Notes: generated by a model not told the origin, from the sequence alone. DNA of 64,000 nt from an uncultured bacterium (GCA_942492765.1 OW818634.1:473159-537158); one strand, 5' to 3'. Counted from the first letter of the stretch, positions 44,798 through 54,723 are shown. Numbers and translations are program-made.

Positions 44798-44895
44798 TAT
44801 CGATATAAAGCTGCTGATGTGGCAGTTATTTAATAACAATTCTTTCTGGTTTACGGATGAAAATCCGAACCAAGCTGGAAAGACGAATGAAAACT

Positions 44896-45225
44896 ATGGA
44901 AGACAAACAGTTCCTGGAAATGGTGGTAAAAGCCATCGTCGCTAACCCGAACGATGTAGTCGTAGACCGGACCATCGATGAAAGAGGCGTCCTGTTGACC
45001 CTCAAAACGAATCCGGCTGACATGGGTTATGTCATCGGCCGCAAAGGTCAGACCGCGCAGTCAATCCGCACCCTGTTAAAGATCATCGGTGCTAAGAATA
45101 ACTCCCGCGTCAACCTGAAGATTTATGATCCCGAGGGTCCTGCTCGCCACGAGTCTCGCGAATCAAGCCGCGACACTAGCCGCGACGATATCGACACTTC
45201 CGCGATCGACGATTTAAAAATCTAA
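44896..45225 (+). CDS. KH-domain RNA-binding protein (YlqC/UPF0109-like)
   Basis: FLEMVVKAIVANPNDVVVD...MGYVIGRKGQTAQSIRTLLK. ATG at 44896 preferred. Classical position between rpsP and trmD. Confidence 0.8.
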   Translation: MEDKQFLEMVVKAIVANPNDVVVDRTIDERGVLLTLKTNPADMGYVIGRKGQTAQSIRTLLKIIGAKNNSRVNLKIYDPEGPARHESRESSRDTSRDDIDTSAIDDLKI

Positions 45226-45250
45226 ATCTCAAGAAGATTAAATAAACAAG

Positions 45251-45271
45251 AAAGCCCGAAAGGGCTTTTTT
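45251..45271 (+). terminator. rho-independent terminator
   Basis: AGCCC-gaaa-GGGCT followed by TTTTTT. Confidence 0.65.
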
Positions 45272-45320
45272 GTTAGAATCCGTCTCAGTCTGCTATAATT
45301 GACTAAGACGCATAAACCAT

Positions 45321-45992
45321 ATGAAATTTCAACTATTATCCATCTTCCCTAGTATATTCGACTCTTATCTCAACGAGAGTATCCTTAAGCGCGCGCAAGA
45401 CAAGAAAGCGGCCGAATTCAAGGTCCATAACCTGCGCGACTGGACGAGCGATAAGCACAAAACTGTCGACGATGCTCCTTACGGCGGCGGCGCGGGCATG
45501 CTTATGAAGATAGAGCCGCTCTATAAGGCCCTTGAGGATATCAAAAAATCGAGCAAGAAAATTAATCCGAAGAAAAGGAGAATATTATTGATGTCTGCCG
45601 GCGGCCAGAAATGGACCCAAGCTTTAGCCCAGAAATACTCTAAACTCGAGGAAATAATTTTCGTCTGCGGCCGCTACGAAGGCGTAGATGCCAGGCTGAA
45701 AAAGTTTATCGATGAAGAGATTTCTATCGGCGACTATGTCCTGACTGGCGGCGAACTCCCTGCCCTGACTATTATCGATTCGATCGTCCGCCTGCTGCCA
45801 GGCGTACTCGGCAATGCCCGGAGCGTTATCGAAGAATCTCATTCAGAAAGCGGCGTTTTAGAATACCCGCAATATACCCGTCCGGAAATATTTATGGCCA
45901 AGGGCAAAAAATACCCGGTTCCTAAAGTTCTGCTTTCCGGCGATCATAAGAAGATTGAAGAATGGCGGAAAAAATCCCTGAAGAAGGCCTAG
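45321..45992 (+). CDS. trmD: tRNA (guanine37-N1)-methyltransferase
   Basis: FQLLSIFPSIFDSYLNESILKRA, DDAPYGGGAGM, GRYEGVDAR, SIGDYVLTGGELPA. Confidence 0.95.
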   Translation: MKFQLLSIFPSIFDSYLNESILKRAQDKKAAEFKVHNLRDWTSDKHKTVDDAPYGGGAGMLMKIEPLYKALEDIKKSSKKINPKKRRILLMSAGGQKWTQALAQKYSKLEEIIFVCGRYEGVDARLKKFIDEEISIGDYVLTGGELPALTIIDSIVRLLPGVLGNARSVIEESHSESGVLEYPQYTRPEIFMAKGKKYPVPKVLLSGDHKKIEEWRKKSLKKA

Positions 45993-46067
45993 ATAGCCTC
46001 CGAATATAAAAAAGCTCGGAATTATTTCCGGGCTTTTTTGTGTATTTATATCAAACTATGGCTTAAT

Positions 46068-47078
46068 TTATTGCTTAATAACTTTCCAGCCTTTATCGGT
46101 CCGGGCGATGCGCCCTTCAATAGAGAATCCGGCCGCTTTCTTATGGCCGCCGCCGCCGAAATTCTGAGCCAAGACCGCCACATCTATCTCCTCATCCGTC
46201 GTCCGCAAGCTCCCCTTTATCCTACCCCCTTCTTCGCGCAGAAGCAAGGCGACTTTAACGCCGCTGAGAGTGCTCAGAAAGGAGACGATGTCACCGAACA
46301 GATCCAGACTCAAAGACGCCTCCGGCTTGAGCAACTCTGCTAACTCTGCCTCCGTCAGACCGGAAGACGCCAGTCCAGTCTCTTCATTGAAATGCATATT
46401 CTCTAGCGCCCTACCCCAAATCTTCAAGGAGACGAAACTCTTATTATTGACGGTATTGCTGACTATTTTCGGAAGCGAAGCGCCGCGCAACAGCATTTCC
46501 GAAGAGACGGCAATCGCCTCTTGAGAAGAATTAGCGTGCAAGAAATGGCCGGTATCGGTCATCAGGCCAATAAGGATGCAGCTGGCCAGATCCTTAGTTA
46601 CTTCGAGTTCGTTGGCTTTCAGAAAATGATAGATTATCTCTGTCGTAGAAGCTTTCTCCGGCAGGCGTATCTCCAAGTCGGCATAAGTCTCCACCGGCTG
46701 ATGATGGTCGAATTCTATGATATACGGGCGCTTAGTTATCTGCCCGCTGGCTGCGGCCTCGATCATGGTTCTCAGGTGAACTTCCAGACCGGTACGGGAA
46801 ATAGAGCCGCAATCCAGGACCAGGATAACGTCAAACCCTAACAAGTCTTCCGGTTCGACTGCGGAAATCATGTCTTCATTGGGAATAAAGCCATATGTGC
46901 CTATAGGCTTCTTATCGGCATAGGCGCGGATGTCCAATTCCAAGAATCGAGCCACCTCGATCATCGCGCCCACAGACGACAAAGCATCGGCATCCGGAGA
47001 GGTGTGGCCGACTATCAGGATACGCCTAGAAAAGCGGAGATGATTATAAGCTGATTGTAATTTTTCGGTCAGATTCAT
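46068..47078 (-). CDS. DHH-family phosphoesterase (NrnA-like)
   Basis: GHTSPDADALSS, LDCGS, FDHHQP (DHH) and DHHA1 GGGGHKKAAG. Confidence 0.8.
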   Translation of the reverse strand: MNLTEKLQSAYNHLRFSRRILIVGHTSPDADALSSVGAMIEVARFLELDIRAYADKKPIGTYGFIPNEDMISAVEPEDLLGFDVILVLDCGSISRTGLEVHLRTMIEAAASGQITKRPYIIEFDHHQPVETYADLEIRLPEKASTTEIIYHFLKANELEVTKDLASCILIGLMTDTGHFLHANSSQEAIAVSSEMLLRGASLPKIVSNTVNNKSFVSLKIWGRALENMHFNEETGLASSGLTEAELAELLKPEASLSLDLFGDIVSFLSTLSGVKVALLLREEGGRIKGSLRTTDEEIDVAVLAQNFGGGGHKKAAGFSIEGRIARTDKGWKVIKQ

Positions 47079-47170
47079 AACCGTCTATACTATACTAAAA
47101 ATAAAAAAAAGTCCAGGCTGGCCGGATCTTCTTTTCACGTTCTAATATAGCTATCCAAAGGCATAAATGC

Positions 47171-47536
47171 CTAAGCATCATCTTCTTCATCTTCATCATC
47201 TTCCGATTCATCATCAACGCCCGCAATCAGCCTTTCAATCTTACTGGCTTCTTTTTCCGTCGCATCAAATTCCCAAATCAGGTGCGGCACCTGTCTCAGC
47301 TTAACGCGAGATTTTAAGATCCGCACTAACTCCCCGGTAGCAGACGTCAGATGTCTCAGGGCTGTCCCGACCAGATTATCAGGCAAAACTGAAAAACCGA
47401 CATGAGCCTGCTTAAGGTCAGAACTGCATTCTACATAGGTTATAGTAATCAAAGCATTTGGCAAGCCGACCTCGCGGCTGACGGCAGCAGCTAGCTCTTC
47501 TCTTAATATTTCATTCAGGCGCGCAACTTTAGACAT
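47171..47536 (-). CDS. rbfA: ribosome-binding factor A with acidic tail
   Basis: VARLNEILREELA...ITITYVECSSDLKQAHV...LRQVPHLIWEFD. Confidence 0.85.
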   Translation of the reverse strand: MSKVARLNEILREELAAAVSREVGLPNALITITYVECSSDLKQAHVGFSVLPDNLVGTALRHLTSATGELVRILKSRVKLRQVPHLIWEFDATEKEASKIERLIAGVDDESEDDEDEEDDA

Positions 47537-47557
47537 AGAAAATATGTTGGGAAGTGA

Positions 47558-49531
47558 TTAAATCTTATCAACGACTCTTTCTTCTTGATAGACATAGAGG
47601 ATATCGCCTTCGACAATGAGCGGTTTGCCTTCATATTTTAGGCCGGCCTCCTGATCCTGCTCGACTTGGTCGACGTCCTGCTTGCCTGACTGCAGACGAG
47701 TCAATTTTCCGGAAACGATGAAATCATCGCCGCGCTTGACTGCGATCAGACTATTATTCTTCAAGATGCCATCCAAAACCTTGCCGCCGACGATCTGGCT
47801 ATTATTTTCCGTGCGGAAGATAGCTAAAACCTTCAAGCGTCCTAGGTCGATACGGTTTATTTCCGGCTTAACCAGGAGCTGCATCTCATCTTTGACGAAT
47901 TTTATCAGGTCATAGATGATCGTGAATATCTTGATGGTCACCTGCTTCTCGCGGATCAAAGTCTCTATTGCCGGAGACATCCGGACATTGAATCCTAAAA
48001 TTTTGGCGCCCGCGTCTTCGGCGCGTTTGACGTCGCCTTCAGTTATATAACCTAGGCCCTTGCTGATAACTTTGACTTTGACCTTTTCATTATTCAATTT
48101 CATCAAGGATTCTTCAATTGCTTCAGCTGAACCCAAGAAATCAGTCTTGATAATGACATTGACTTTAGGAATCTTATCTTCCCCGGCCTCATCGCCAGCA
48201 GAAATGAAACTATCAGCATTCTGAGCTCCGGATCTGATCTTCTTAATCTTAATCTTCTCGCCTTCTCCGACATTCAGAATATCACCTACGGCCGGAGAAA
48301 TCTTAAGACCTAATATCTTGACTGGAGTAGAAGGGCCGGCCTCCTTAACATCCTCGCCCTTATAGTTCTTCAAAGTCTTGACCTTGCCATAAACGACATC
48401 GTTAAAGCATAATTGATCGCCGACGTGTAAGGTTCCGTTCTGAATAAGGATGGTTGCCAAAGGTCCGGCCGCCTTGTCGACGTTAGATTCGACGACAGTT
48501 CCGGCCGCAGCGGCGTCAGGATTAGCTTTCAAGGCTGCGCCTTCAGTTTCCGCTACTAATAACACCATATCTAATAATTCTTCAATGCCGGTTCCGTCTT
48601 TAGCGGAAATAGGCGAGCAGATGGTTTTTCCGCCCCAATCTTCCGGAGTAATATTTAATTGCGTAGCTAATTCCTGCTTGACTCTGTTAACATCAGCCGT
48701 CGGCTTATCAATCTTATTGATCGCGACCAGATACGGAATCTTCGCGGCTTCAATAATACGGAAAGCTTCGACGGTCTGCGGCTTAACGCCGTCGTCAGCC
48801 GCTACCACCAAGATAGCGATATCGGCAACTTTGGCGCCGCGGCTACGCATAGCGGTAAAGGCTTCATGGCCAGGAGTATCGATAAAAGTCAGGACGCGGC
48901 CTTTGCGGGTAATCTGATAAGCGCCGATATGCTGGGTGATACCGCCCGCTTCGCCGGCGACGACATTCGTGCTGCGGATAGAATCTAATAATTTAGTCTT
49001 GCCATGATCGACATGGCCCATGACGACAATAACCGGAGGGCGATCCCGCATATCTTTCTCAGCTTCGCCAGCCAAGATAGTTTCTAATTTCTTGTCTTCC
49101 TTCTCATTATCCTCGACCTTAGTTTCGGCCATATGGACATCCAGATTCAAATTCTCACCGATGATCATCGCCGTATCAAAATCAATCTTCTCGTTGATAG
49201 AAGTAAAAACGCCATTCTTCATAAGTTCAGCTAAGACCCGGTTAACTGGAATACCGGCAATTTCGGCAAAGGCCCGGACGGTCACGACTTTTGGAACGAA
49301 AATAGTCTTAGTCTCCTTGGGCAGAACCTCGTCCTGTTTCTTCATAGCCGCGGCCATCTTCTTCTGCTCCCATTGGCGCCTCAAAAACGGCCATTCCTTG
49401 ATAATCTTCTTGGCCGTATTATTATCTACTTTAATAGCCTTCTGCCCGATAGCAAAACCGAGCTGAGGCAATAAATCGCGCAGCTCCTGAGGGGGTATCC
49501 TTAAGATGCGGGCTAATTCGGTAATATTCAT
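47558..49531 (-). CDS. infB: translation initiation factor IF-2
   Basis: G-domain VVMGHVDHGKTKLLD, DTPGHEAF, NKID. 657 aa. Confidence 0.95.
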   Translation of the reverse strand: MNITELARILRIPPQELRDLLPQLGFAIGQKAIKVDNNTAKKIIKEWPFLRRQWEQKKMAAAMKKQDEVLPKETKTIFVPKVVTVRAFAEIAGIPVNRVLAELMKNGVFTSINEKIDFDTAMIIGENLNLDVHMAETKVEDNEKEDKKLETILAGEAEKDMRDRPPVIVVMGHVDHGKTKLLDSIRSTNVVAGEAGGITQHIGAYQITRKGRVLTFIDTPGHEAFTAMRSRGAKVADIAILVVAADDGVKPQTVEAFRIIEAAKIPYLVAINKIDKPTADVNRVKQELATQLNITPEDWGGKTICSPISAKDGTGIEELLDMVLLVAETEGAALKANPDAAAAGTVVESNVDKAAGPLATILIQNGTLHVGDQLCFNDVVYGKVKTLKNYKGEDVKEAGPSTPVKILGLKISPAVGDILNVGEGEKIKIKKIRSGAQNADSFISAGDEAGEDKIPKVNVIIKTDFLGSAEAIEESLMKLNNEKVKVKVISKGLGYITEGDVKRAEDAGAKILGFNVRMSPAIETLIREKQVTIKIFTIIYDLIKFVKDEMQLLVKPEINRIDLGRLKVLAIFRTENNSQIVGGKVLDGILKNNSLIAVKRGDDFIVSGKLTRLQSGKQDVDQVEQDQEAGLKYEGKPLIVEGDILYVYQEERVVDKI

Positions 49532-49903
49532 GGATAATTTAGTTAAAATATTAATCTATTCTTTAAGATTACGTTATTTTTGGCCTTTAGTCAATTTAGG
49601 CGCCCCTTCACAAATCTTTAATTTAATGCTAGAATAATCTCATAATTAACATAATTATTAAATAGTTCTGTTTTTAGAAATTATTGAAAGAATCAACCAC
49701 GGTCCAGCAGCAAGAAGAAATTATTTTTGAGTGTCAAATTACCTATGTTTAACCTGATTTTTAATCTAAAATTAGCTAAAAATCAAGCGAGTTTAATCTC
49801 GCCTCTAAAATAAGCTGCCCGCTACGGGCCAGTGGTTCTGGTTTTTCAAAACTCAATATCGCTTAATTACGCCACCTAATTTCTAAAGACAGCCGCCCTT
49901 TGT

Positions 49904-51427
49904 ATGGAATATTTGAACTATGTCTTGTACGTAGTCTTCATCGCGGGTGGTTTTTTTATTGGCTATCTTTTCTACAAAAAATCAGCCAATTCTAAGATCA
50001 ACAATGCCGCCGATAAGGCCGACAAGCTTATTAACGAAGCGAAGATTAAAGAAAAAGAGCTGCTCCTGAAAGCTCAGGACAAGGCTCTTAACATCATTGA
50101 AGAATCTAAGAAGGAAGAAGCTAACCGCCGCAATGAAATAAATAACTTACAGAAAAGACTGGAGCAGAGAGAAACCTCTTTCTCCCAGAAACTTTTAGAT
50201 TTGCAAGAAAAACAGCAGAAGCTGTTCGACAAGGTCAGCGAGGTCCAAGAAATCAAAGAAAGAATCAAGAATATCAAGGCCGAACAAGAGACTAAATTAG
50301 AGAGTCTCTCTGGACTAAGCCAGGCCGAAGCTAAGGATATACTCCTTAAGAAAATCGAAGAAAAAAGCGCTGAGGACTTGATCGTCCGCATCAACAAGCT
50401 CGAGAACACTGCCGAAGAAGCTCTGGGCGAGAAAGCCAAGAATATCATGGCGCTCGCGATGCAGCGCATGGTTTCCAATTATACCGTCGAGCTCACGACT
50501 ACTTCTGTTGATTTGCCTAATGACGAAATGAAAGGACGCATCATCGGCCGCGAAGGCCGCAATATCAAAGCAATCGAGAATATGACTGGCGTCGAGATCA
50601 TCGTCGATGATACCCCTAACGCCATCACTGTTTCCGGTTTCTCCCTTATCCGCCGCCATATCGCTAAAAAGACCTTGGAATACTTAATAAAAGACGGCCG
50701 CATCCATCCGACTAAGATTGAAGATGCTGTCGAGAACGCCAAGAAAGATATCGCTATCGATATCAAGAAGGCCGGCGAAGAGGCGATGTATGAAGTCGGC
50801 GTGACCGGCTTTGACCCTAAGCTCGTCCAGATCCTGGGCCGCTTGAAATACCGCACCAGCTATGGCCAGAACGCTCTCAAGCATTCTATTGAAGTCGCCC
50901 ATCTAGCTGCCATGCTCGCTGAAGAATTAGGCGCTGACGTGACACTCGCGAAGAAAGGCGGCCTGCTCCATGATATCGGCAAGGCCGTTGACCATGAAGT
51001 CCAAGGCAATCATACCGAGATCGGCCGCGACATCGCCAAGAAATTCAACTTACCGCCAGAAATAATCGCTCCGATTGAAACTCATCATGACGATAAGCCA
51101 TCAACTCTCATCGCTGTGATCGTTAAAGTCGCTGATGCTATCTCTTCCGCTCGTCCGGGTGCTCGTAATGATAATTATGAGAACTACCTACAGCGCTTAG
51201 AAGAGCTGGAAAAGATCGCTATGACCTTTGATGGCATCGAGAAAGTCTATGCTATCCAGGCTGGCCGTGAAGTCCGCGTCTTCGTGCAGCCGGATAAGAT
51301 CGATGACCTTGCTTCTTATAATTTGGCTAGAGATATTGCAAAAAAGATAGAAAATGAGTTAAAATACCCAGGAGAGATTAAAGTGAACGTAATCCGCGAG
51401 ATGCGGGTCACCGAATACGCCAGATAA
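49904..51427 (+). CDS. rny: ribonuclease Y
   Basis: N-terminal TM anchor, coiled coil, KH (GRIIGREGRNIKAIE), HD domain (LLHDIGKAVDHE). Confidence 0.95.
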   Translation: MEYLNYVLYVVFIAGGFFIGYLFYKKSANSKINNAADKADKLINEAKIKEKELLLKAQDKALNIIEESKKEEANRRNEINNLQKRLEQRETSFSQKLLDLQEKQQKLFDKVSEVQEIKERIKNIKAEQETKLESLSGLSQAEAKDILLKKIEEKSAEDLIVRINKLENTAEEALGEKAKNIMALAMQRMVSNYTVELTTTSVDLPNDEMKGRIIGREGRNIKAIENMTGVEIIVDDTPNAITVSGFSLIRRHIAKKTLEYLIKDGRIHPTKIEDAVENAKKDIAIDIKKAGEEAMYEVGVTGFDPKLVQILGRLKYRTSYGQNALKHSIEVAHLAAMLAEELGADVTLAKKGGLLHDIGKAVDHEVQGNHTEIGRDIAKKFNLPPEIIAPIETHHDDKPSTLIAVIVKVADAISSARPGARNDNYENYLQRLEELEKIAMTFDGIEKVYAIQAGREVRVFVQPDKIDDLASYNLARDIAKKIENELKYPGEIKVNVIREMRVTEYAR

Positions 51428-51495
51428 GGCCAAAAACCCTTTAAAAGTCATTTATTTTCGTAACAAAGCTTAAATATTAAGCTAAAAACAAAAAT

Positions 51496-51783
51496 ATGAA
51501 CAAGGCACAATTAATCGACAAAATTCATCATGATGTCGAAGGCCTCAACAAGAAGCAGGCGGAAAAGATGCTCGACGTCTTGACCGACACTATCGTGGAA
51601 GAGCTGAAAAACGACCGCGAAGTGACGATCGCCGGCTTCGGCACTTTCCTGTCTCGGGTCCGTTATTCCCGCGGCGGCGTCAATCCGCAAAAGCCGACGG
51701 AAAGAATAACCATCCCGGCGGTCAAAGTCGCCAAATTCAAAACTGGCTATCACCTGAAGCAGGCTTTGAAAGGAAACAGATAA
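51496..51783 (+). CDS. hup: HU family DNA-binding protein
   Basis: MNKAQLIDKI...VTIAGFGTF...RGGVNPQKPTERITIPAVKVAKFKTG. Confidence 0.9.
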   Translation: MNKAQLIDKIHHDVEGLNKKQAEKMLDVLTDTIVEELKNDREVTIAGFGTFLSRVRYSRGGVNPQKPTERITIPAVKVAKFKTGYHLKQALKGNR

Positions 51784-51845
51784 AATATACGCCCGAAGCT
51801 CCTTTCCCGGGAAACTCGCTTCCTTCTGACAAGGGCGTATTATTA

Positions 51846-51919
51846 GCGCTCGTAGCTCAACTGGATAGAGTACTTGGCTTCGGACCAAGGGGTTGCAGGT
51901 TCAAATCCTGCCGGGCGCA
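51846..51919 (+). tRNA. tRNA-Arg(UCG)
   Basis: GCGCTCG/CGGGCGC acceptor, CTTGG-CTTCGGA-CCAAG anticodon arm, GCAGG-TTCAAAT-CCTGC T-arm. Confidence 0.9.
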
Positions 51920-51944
51920 CATAGCCGGTTAAATCCGGCAATTA

Positions 51945-52018
51945 GGCTGGGTAGCTCAGCTGGTTAGAGCGTAGCACTCATAACGCTAAGGTCGCGGGTT
52001 CGATCCCCGCCCCCGCCA
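51945..52018 (+). tRNA. tRNA with CAU anticodon (elongator Met or lysidine-modified Ile2)
   Basis: GGCTGGG/CCCCGCC acceptor (one T:C mismatch), TAGCA-CTCATAA-CGCTA arm, GCGGG-TTCGATC-CCCGC T-arm. Confidence 0.8.
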
Positions 52019-52089
52019 CAGAACAGGTTTATCGAGCCTGGAAATCAGGCTTGATTAAATAAAATAATAGTATATAATAAAACAGTAAT

Positions 52090-52162
52090 GCGCTCATAGC
52101 TCAGTTGGTAGAGCAGTTGCCTCTTAAGCAAACGGTCGTAGGTTCGAATCCTACTGGGCGCA
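52090..52162 (+). tRNA. tRNA-Lys(CUU)
   Basis: GCGCTCA/TGGGCGC acceptor, GTTGC-CTCTTAA-GCAAA arm, GTAGG-TTCGAAT-CCTAC T-arm. Confidence 0.9.
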
Positions 52163-52170
52163 CAATTACA

Positions 52171-52199
52171 AAAAACAGGCTTTAAATAGCCTGTTTTTT
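52171..52199 (+). terminator. rho-independent terminator after the tRNA trio
   Basis: CAGGCT-ttaaat-AGCCTG followed by TTTTTT. Confidence 0.75.
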
Positions 52200-52363
52200 G
52201 TTATATGCATACTGTTGACTAAAATGAAATAATATCGTAATATATTAAATCAATCTAGATCTTTAAAAAATAGGTTAACTTGGATTAATTGCTGAATTCA
52301 TCTGATGAACTTAGGCGAGATCGGCAATTAATCCAAATATTATTAACCTTAAAAACTACGGCC

Positions 52364-52795
52364 ATGAACACATTAGACTTAAGAGAAAAATTGATAATCG
52401 CCTATTTTGTTAATAAGATGACAAAATCAATCATGTGGATCACTACTCCTCTTTTTTTAATTTTAGTAATTATTTTATGTAGGGGAATTGATCCAATGAA
52501 TATTGTAACCCACTGTCTAGCTTCTTTAGGCGCAGGCCTGCTTACGGCAAATGTTATTGCGAGAACGAGAATAGATGCAAAAATAAGTACTCTCAACAAC
52601 AAAAACATCGAATATATCTATTATAAAAAGAAATCGGAATTAGACCGACTTCTAAAAATTAAAGAGAATCTCCAAACAATCCTACAAGACAAAGGCGAAG
52701 ACCTGGAATTCGATAGCTCGCGAAAAAAGCTGCAAAAAATTAAAAACAAAATTTGCCGGATTAAGTTTGAAATTAACCTTTTTAATCGGTCATAA
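52364..52795 (+). CDS. hypothetical membrane protein with C-terminal coiled-coil
   Basis: AT-rich ORF. Two hydrophobic helices, then a K/E-rich helical tail. ATG at 52364 preferred over the TTG at 52289. Confidence 0.4.
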   Translation: MNTLDLREKLIIAYFVNKMTKSIMWITTPLFLILVIILCRGIDPMNIVTHCLASLGAGLLTANVIARTRIDAKISTLNNKNIEYIYYKKKSELDRLLKIKENLQTILQDKGEDLEFDSSRKKLQKIKNKICRIKFEINLFNRS

Positions 52796-52894
52796 TGGCT
52801 GACGATATTCCTCAAAGGGAGCCCTCCGGTTCCCTTTTTTATTGCCCTTGCGAAAAACGCTATTTTCGCTATAATAAGGGAGTAAAAATATATT

Positions 52895-53473
52895 ATGTCT
52901 AATTTGTTAATCTTCGGGCCTCCGGGCGCTGGTAAAGGCACCCAAGCCGATAGAATCGCCAAGAAATACAAGCTGACCCATTTATCCAGTGGGGATATCC
53001 TGCGCGTTGAACTCAAGAACGGCGAACGGGGAGCTAAAATAAAGAAATACCTAGATGCCGGCAAACTCGTGCCGGACAGCCTGATTATTGAAATAATGGA
53101 CCAGGCGGTCTTGAAAAATACCAAAAAGAGCGGATTCATCTTCGATGGCTATCCACGAACTATCAAGCAGGCTAAGGCCATGGATAGCTTCTTCAAAAAA
53201 AACAAGATAACGCTAAATGCGGTCATAAATCTGAAGCTAGGCGAAGCCGAGGCTGTAAAACGCGCCCTAAGCCGCGGCCAGACTTCCGGGCGATCTGACG
53301 ACAATATCAAGACTCTCAGAGCTCGTCTCGTCGTCTACCGCACTCAAACTGCGCCTCTTTTAGAATATTATAAAGCTCAAAAGAAAGTCATCAATATCGA
53401 CGGCCGGCCGAAGATAGAAACTGTCTTTAAAGAGATCGAGGAGCGCTTAAATAAAAAAGGAGCTATTGGTTAG
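52895..53473 (+). CDS. adk: adenylate kinase (short form without zinc lid)
   Basis: IFGPPGAGKGTQA, SSGDILR, FIFDGYPRT. Confidence 0.95.
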   Translation: MSNLLIFGPPGAGKGTQADRIAKKYKLTHLSSGDILRVELKNGERGAKIKKYLDAGKLVPDSLIIEIMDQAVLKNTKKSGFIFDGYPRTIKQAKAMDSFFKKNKITLNAVINLKLGEAEAVKRALSRGQTSGRSDDNIKTLRARLVVYRTQTAPLLEYYKAQKKVINIDGRPKIETVFKEIEERLNKKGAIG

Positions 53474-53504
53474 CCCCTTTTTTGATCGGCATATTAACCG
53501 ATGC

Positions 53505-53720
53505 TTAATCTATTCCCTTGAAAGAACCCCAGGCTCCGATAGACAGCATATCTTTATGCTTATGGTTTTCCTGCCTAAGCTGCCAATCAGGCTTAGCCTG
53601 AGATTCGAGGCTCGCCTTGGACGTAATATCATAATTATCACGGGGAGTGAACTCTTCTTCGAAGAATTTCCCTTCATGCTCCGGAAAAACTTGTTCCGGC
53701 TTGATTCTTTTAGCGCTCAT
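53505..53720 (-). CDS. small hydrophilic hypothetical protein (71 aa)
   Basis: ORF MSAKRIKPEQVFPEHEGKFFEEEF..., preceded by its own promoter, a structured leader and a GAAAG SD-like element. Confidence 0.4.
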   Translation of the reverse strand: MSAKRIKPEQVFPEHEGKFFEEEFTPRDNYDITSKASLESQAKPDWQLRQENHKHKDMLSIGAWGSFKGID

Positions 53721-53758
53721 CTTTCAATTTTTTAGAGTTTAAAGAACTATTGATGCTT

Positions 53759-53857
53759 AAAAAAGACCGGGCCTGTTCGGGCCCGGTCTTTGATTTGTTT
53801 GTATCTATCTTGATTTTCTAAAATTATACATTATCTACAAACAAAGACCGGCCCATC
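53759..53857 (-). promoter_or_regulatory. attenuator-like set of three mutually exclusive pairing segments ending in a terminator
   Basis: AAAGACCGGGCC (53762-53773), GGGCCCGGTCTTTGATTTGTTTGT (53779-53802) and ACAAACAAAGACCGGCCC (53837-53854). The middle segment can pair with either outer one. The 53764-53789 hairpin is followed on the minus strand by TTTTTT. Confidence 0.5.
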
Positions 53858-53920
53858 TTAATGAAGTGCCAAATAATGAAAGTATAGGTGGTCTTAGCTT
53901 GTAAATTTCTCATGAAATTA

Positions 53921-53949
53921 ATAATAACAAATCATAAAATCCCGGTCAA
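53921..53949 (-). promoter_or_regulatory. sigma70-like promoter downstream of pyrH-like gene
   Basis: Minus strand -35 TTGACC (53949-53944), 17-nt spacer, -10 TATTAT (53926-53921). Confidence 0.5.
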
Positions 53950-53971
53950 GGGTTTGTCCCGATAAGATCAG

Positions 53972-54673
53972 CTATTTAACAATGGTGCCTTTGAATTTCC
54001 CGCCATCAAGGCATCTTTCCAGATTCTTCAAATTGCGTCCATTAAGGATGATGACTTTCATCCTGCCCTTGGCGGCCTCGCGCGAAGCGATCGGATCAAA
54101 AGGCGTATTCAATCCCGGTTCCCAGCGGTTACCGACAATCTTCCTGAAGGCTGGCCAGGAAACCGCCTCTAGCCTCTTAGCGTCCTTATGAGAGCGCGGA
54201 TCCTTATCATAGGCATAATCGATATTAGAGAGATTAATGACTGTCTCAATGCCATTATGCTTAGCCAGTAAGACAGCGACATAATCAGTCGACCAGCCCG
54301 GCTTATACCCGGAAGCGATAATCAGCGCTTTCTTAGAAGCAATCGGCTTAGTCGGGTCGGTTATTATCTCAGGGTGCGCCAACTGCCCGAAAGAAGCGCG
54401 AAGCAATTGCGCATTCAGGCGGGTTGCGCTGATTCCGACCCAATCGCGATCAGCATGGCTTATCGGCGCGATAGCCAGAGCCGCTTTTATATAAGTACGC
54501 GCTGTTACGCCGCCGCCAGCAACGAGATAAAACTTATGTCCTTTCTGGGCCTGTCTGATGATGAAGGCGCGAAATTCCTTCAAGAATTTAGTTTCGATGC
54601 CGCCCGCGGTCACCATCAGCGAGCCGCCGACCGACAAGATGAACGCTTTTTTTCGAACTGAAGATTGCCTCAT
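53972..54673 (-). CDS. pyrH: amino-acid-kinase-fold protein, likely archaeal-type UMP kinase
   Basis: FILSVGGSLM, YLVAGGGVTARTY, 233 aa as in short archaeal-type PyrH. Confidence 0.6.
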   Translation of the reverse strand: MRQSSVRKKAFILSVGGSLMVTAGGIETKFLKEFRAFIIRQAQKGHKFYLVAGGGVTARTYIKAALAIAPISHADRDWVGISATRLNAQLLRASFGQLAHPEIITDPTKPIASKKALIIASGYKPGWSTDYVAVLLAKHNGIETVINLSNIDYAYDKDPRSHKDAKRLEAVSWPAFRKIVGNRWEPGLNTPFDPIASREAAKGRMKVIILNGRNLKNLERCLDGGKFKGTIVK

Positions 54674-54723
54674 ATTTTTAAAATCGCTCCGCTAGATATG
54701 GCGGAGCGATTATTAAATAAGAA

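Noticed and set aside
49532-49903. 370-bp infB/rny divergent spacer scanned for an ncRNA (SRP-like GGUCCAGCAGCAAG, small hairpins at about 49815-49850).
   Set aside because: No conserved ncRNA motif or promoter/terminator pair could be defined. It is most simply a divergent promoter region.
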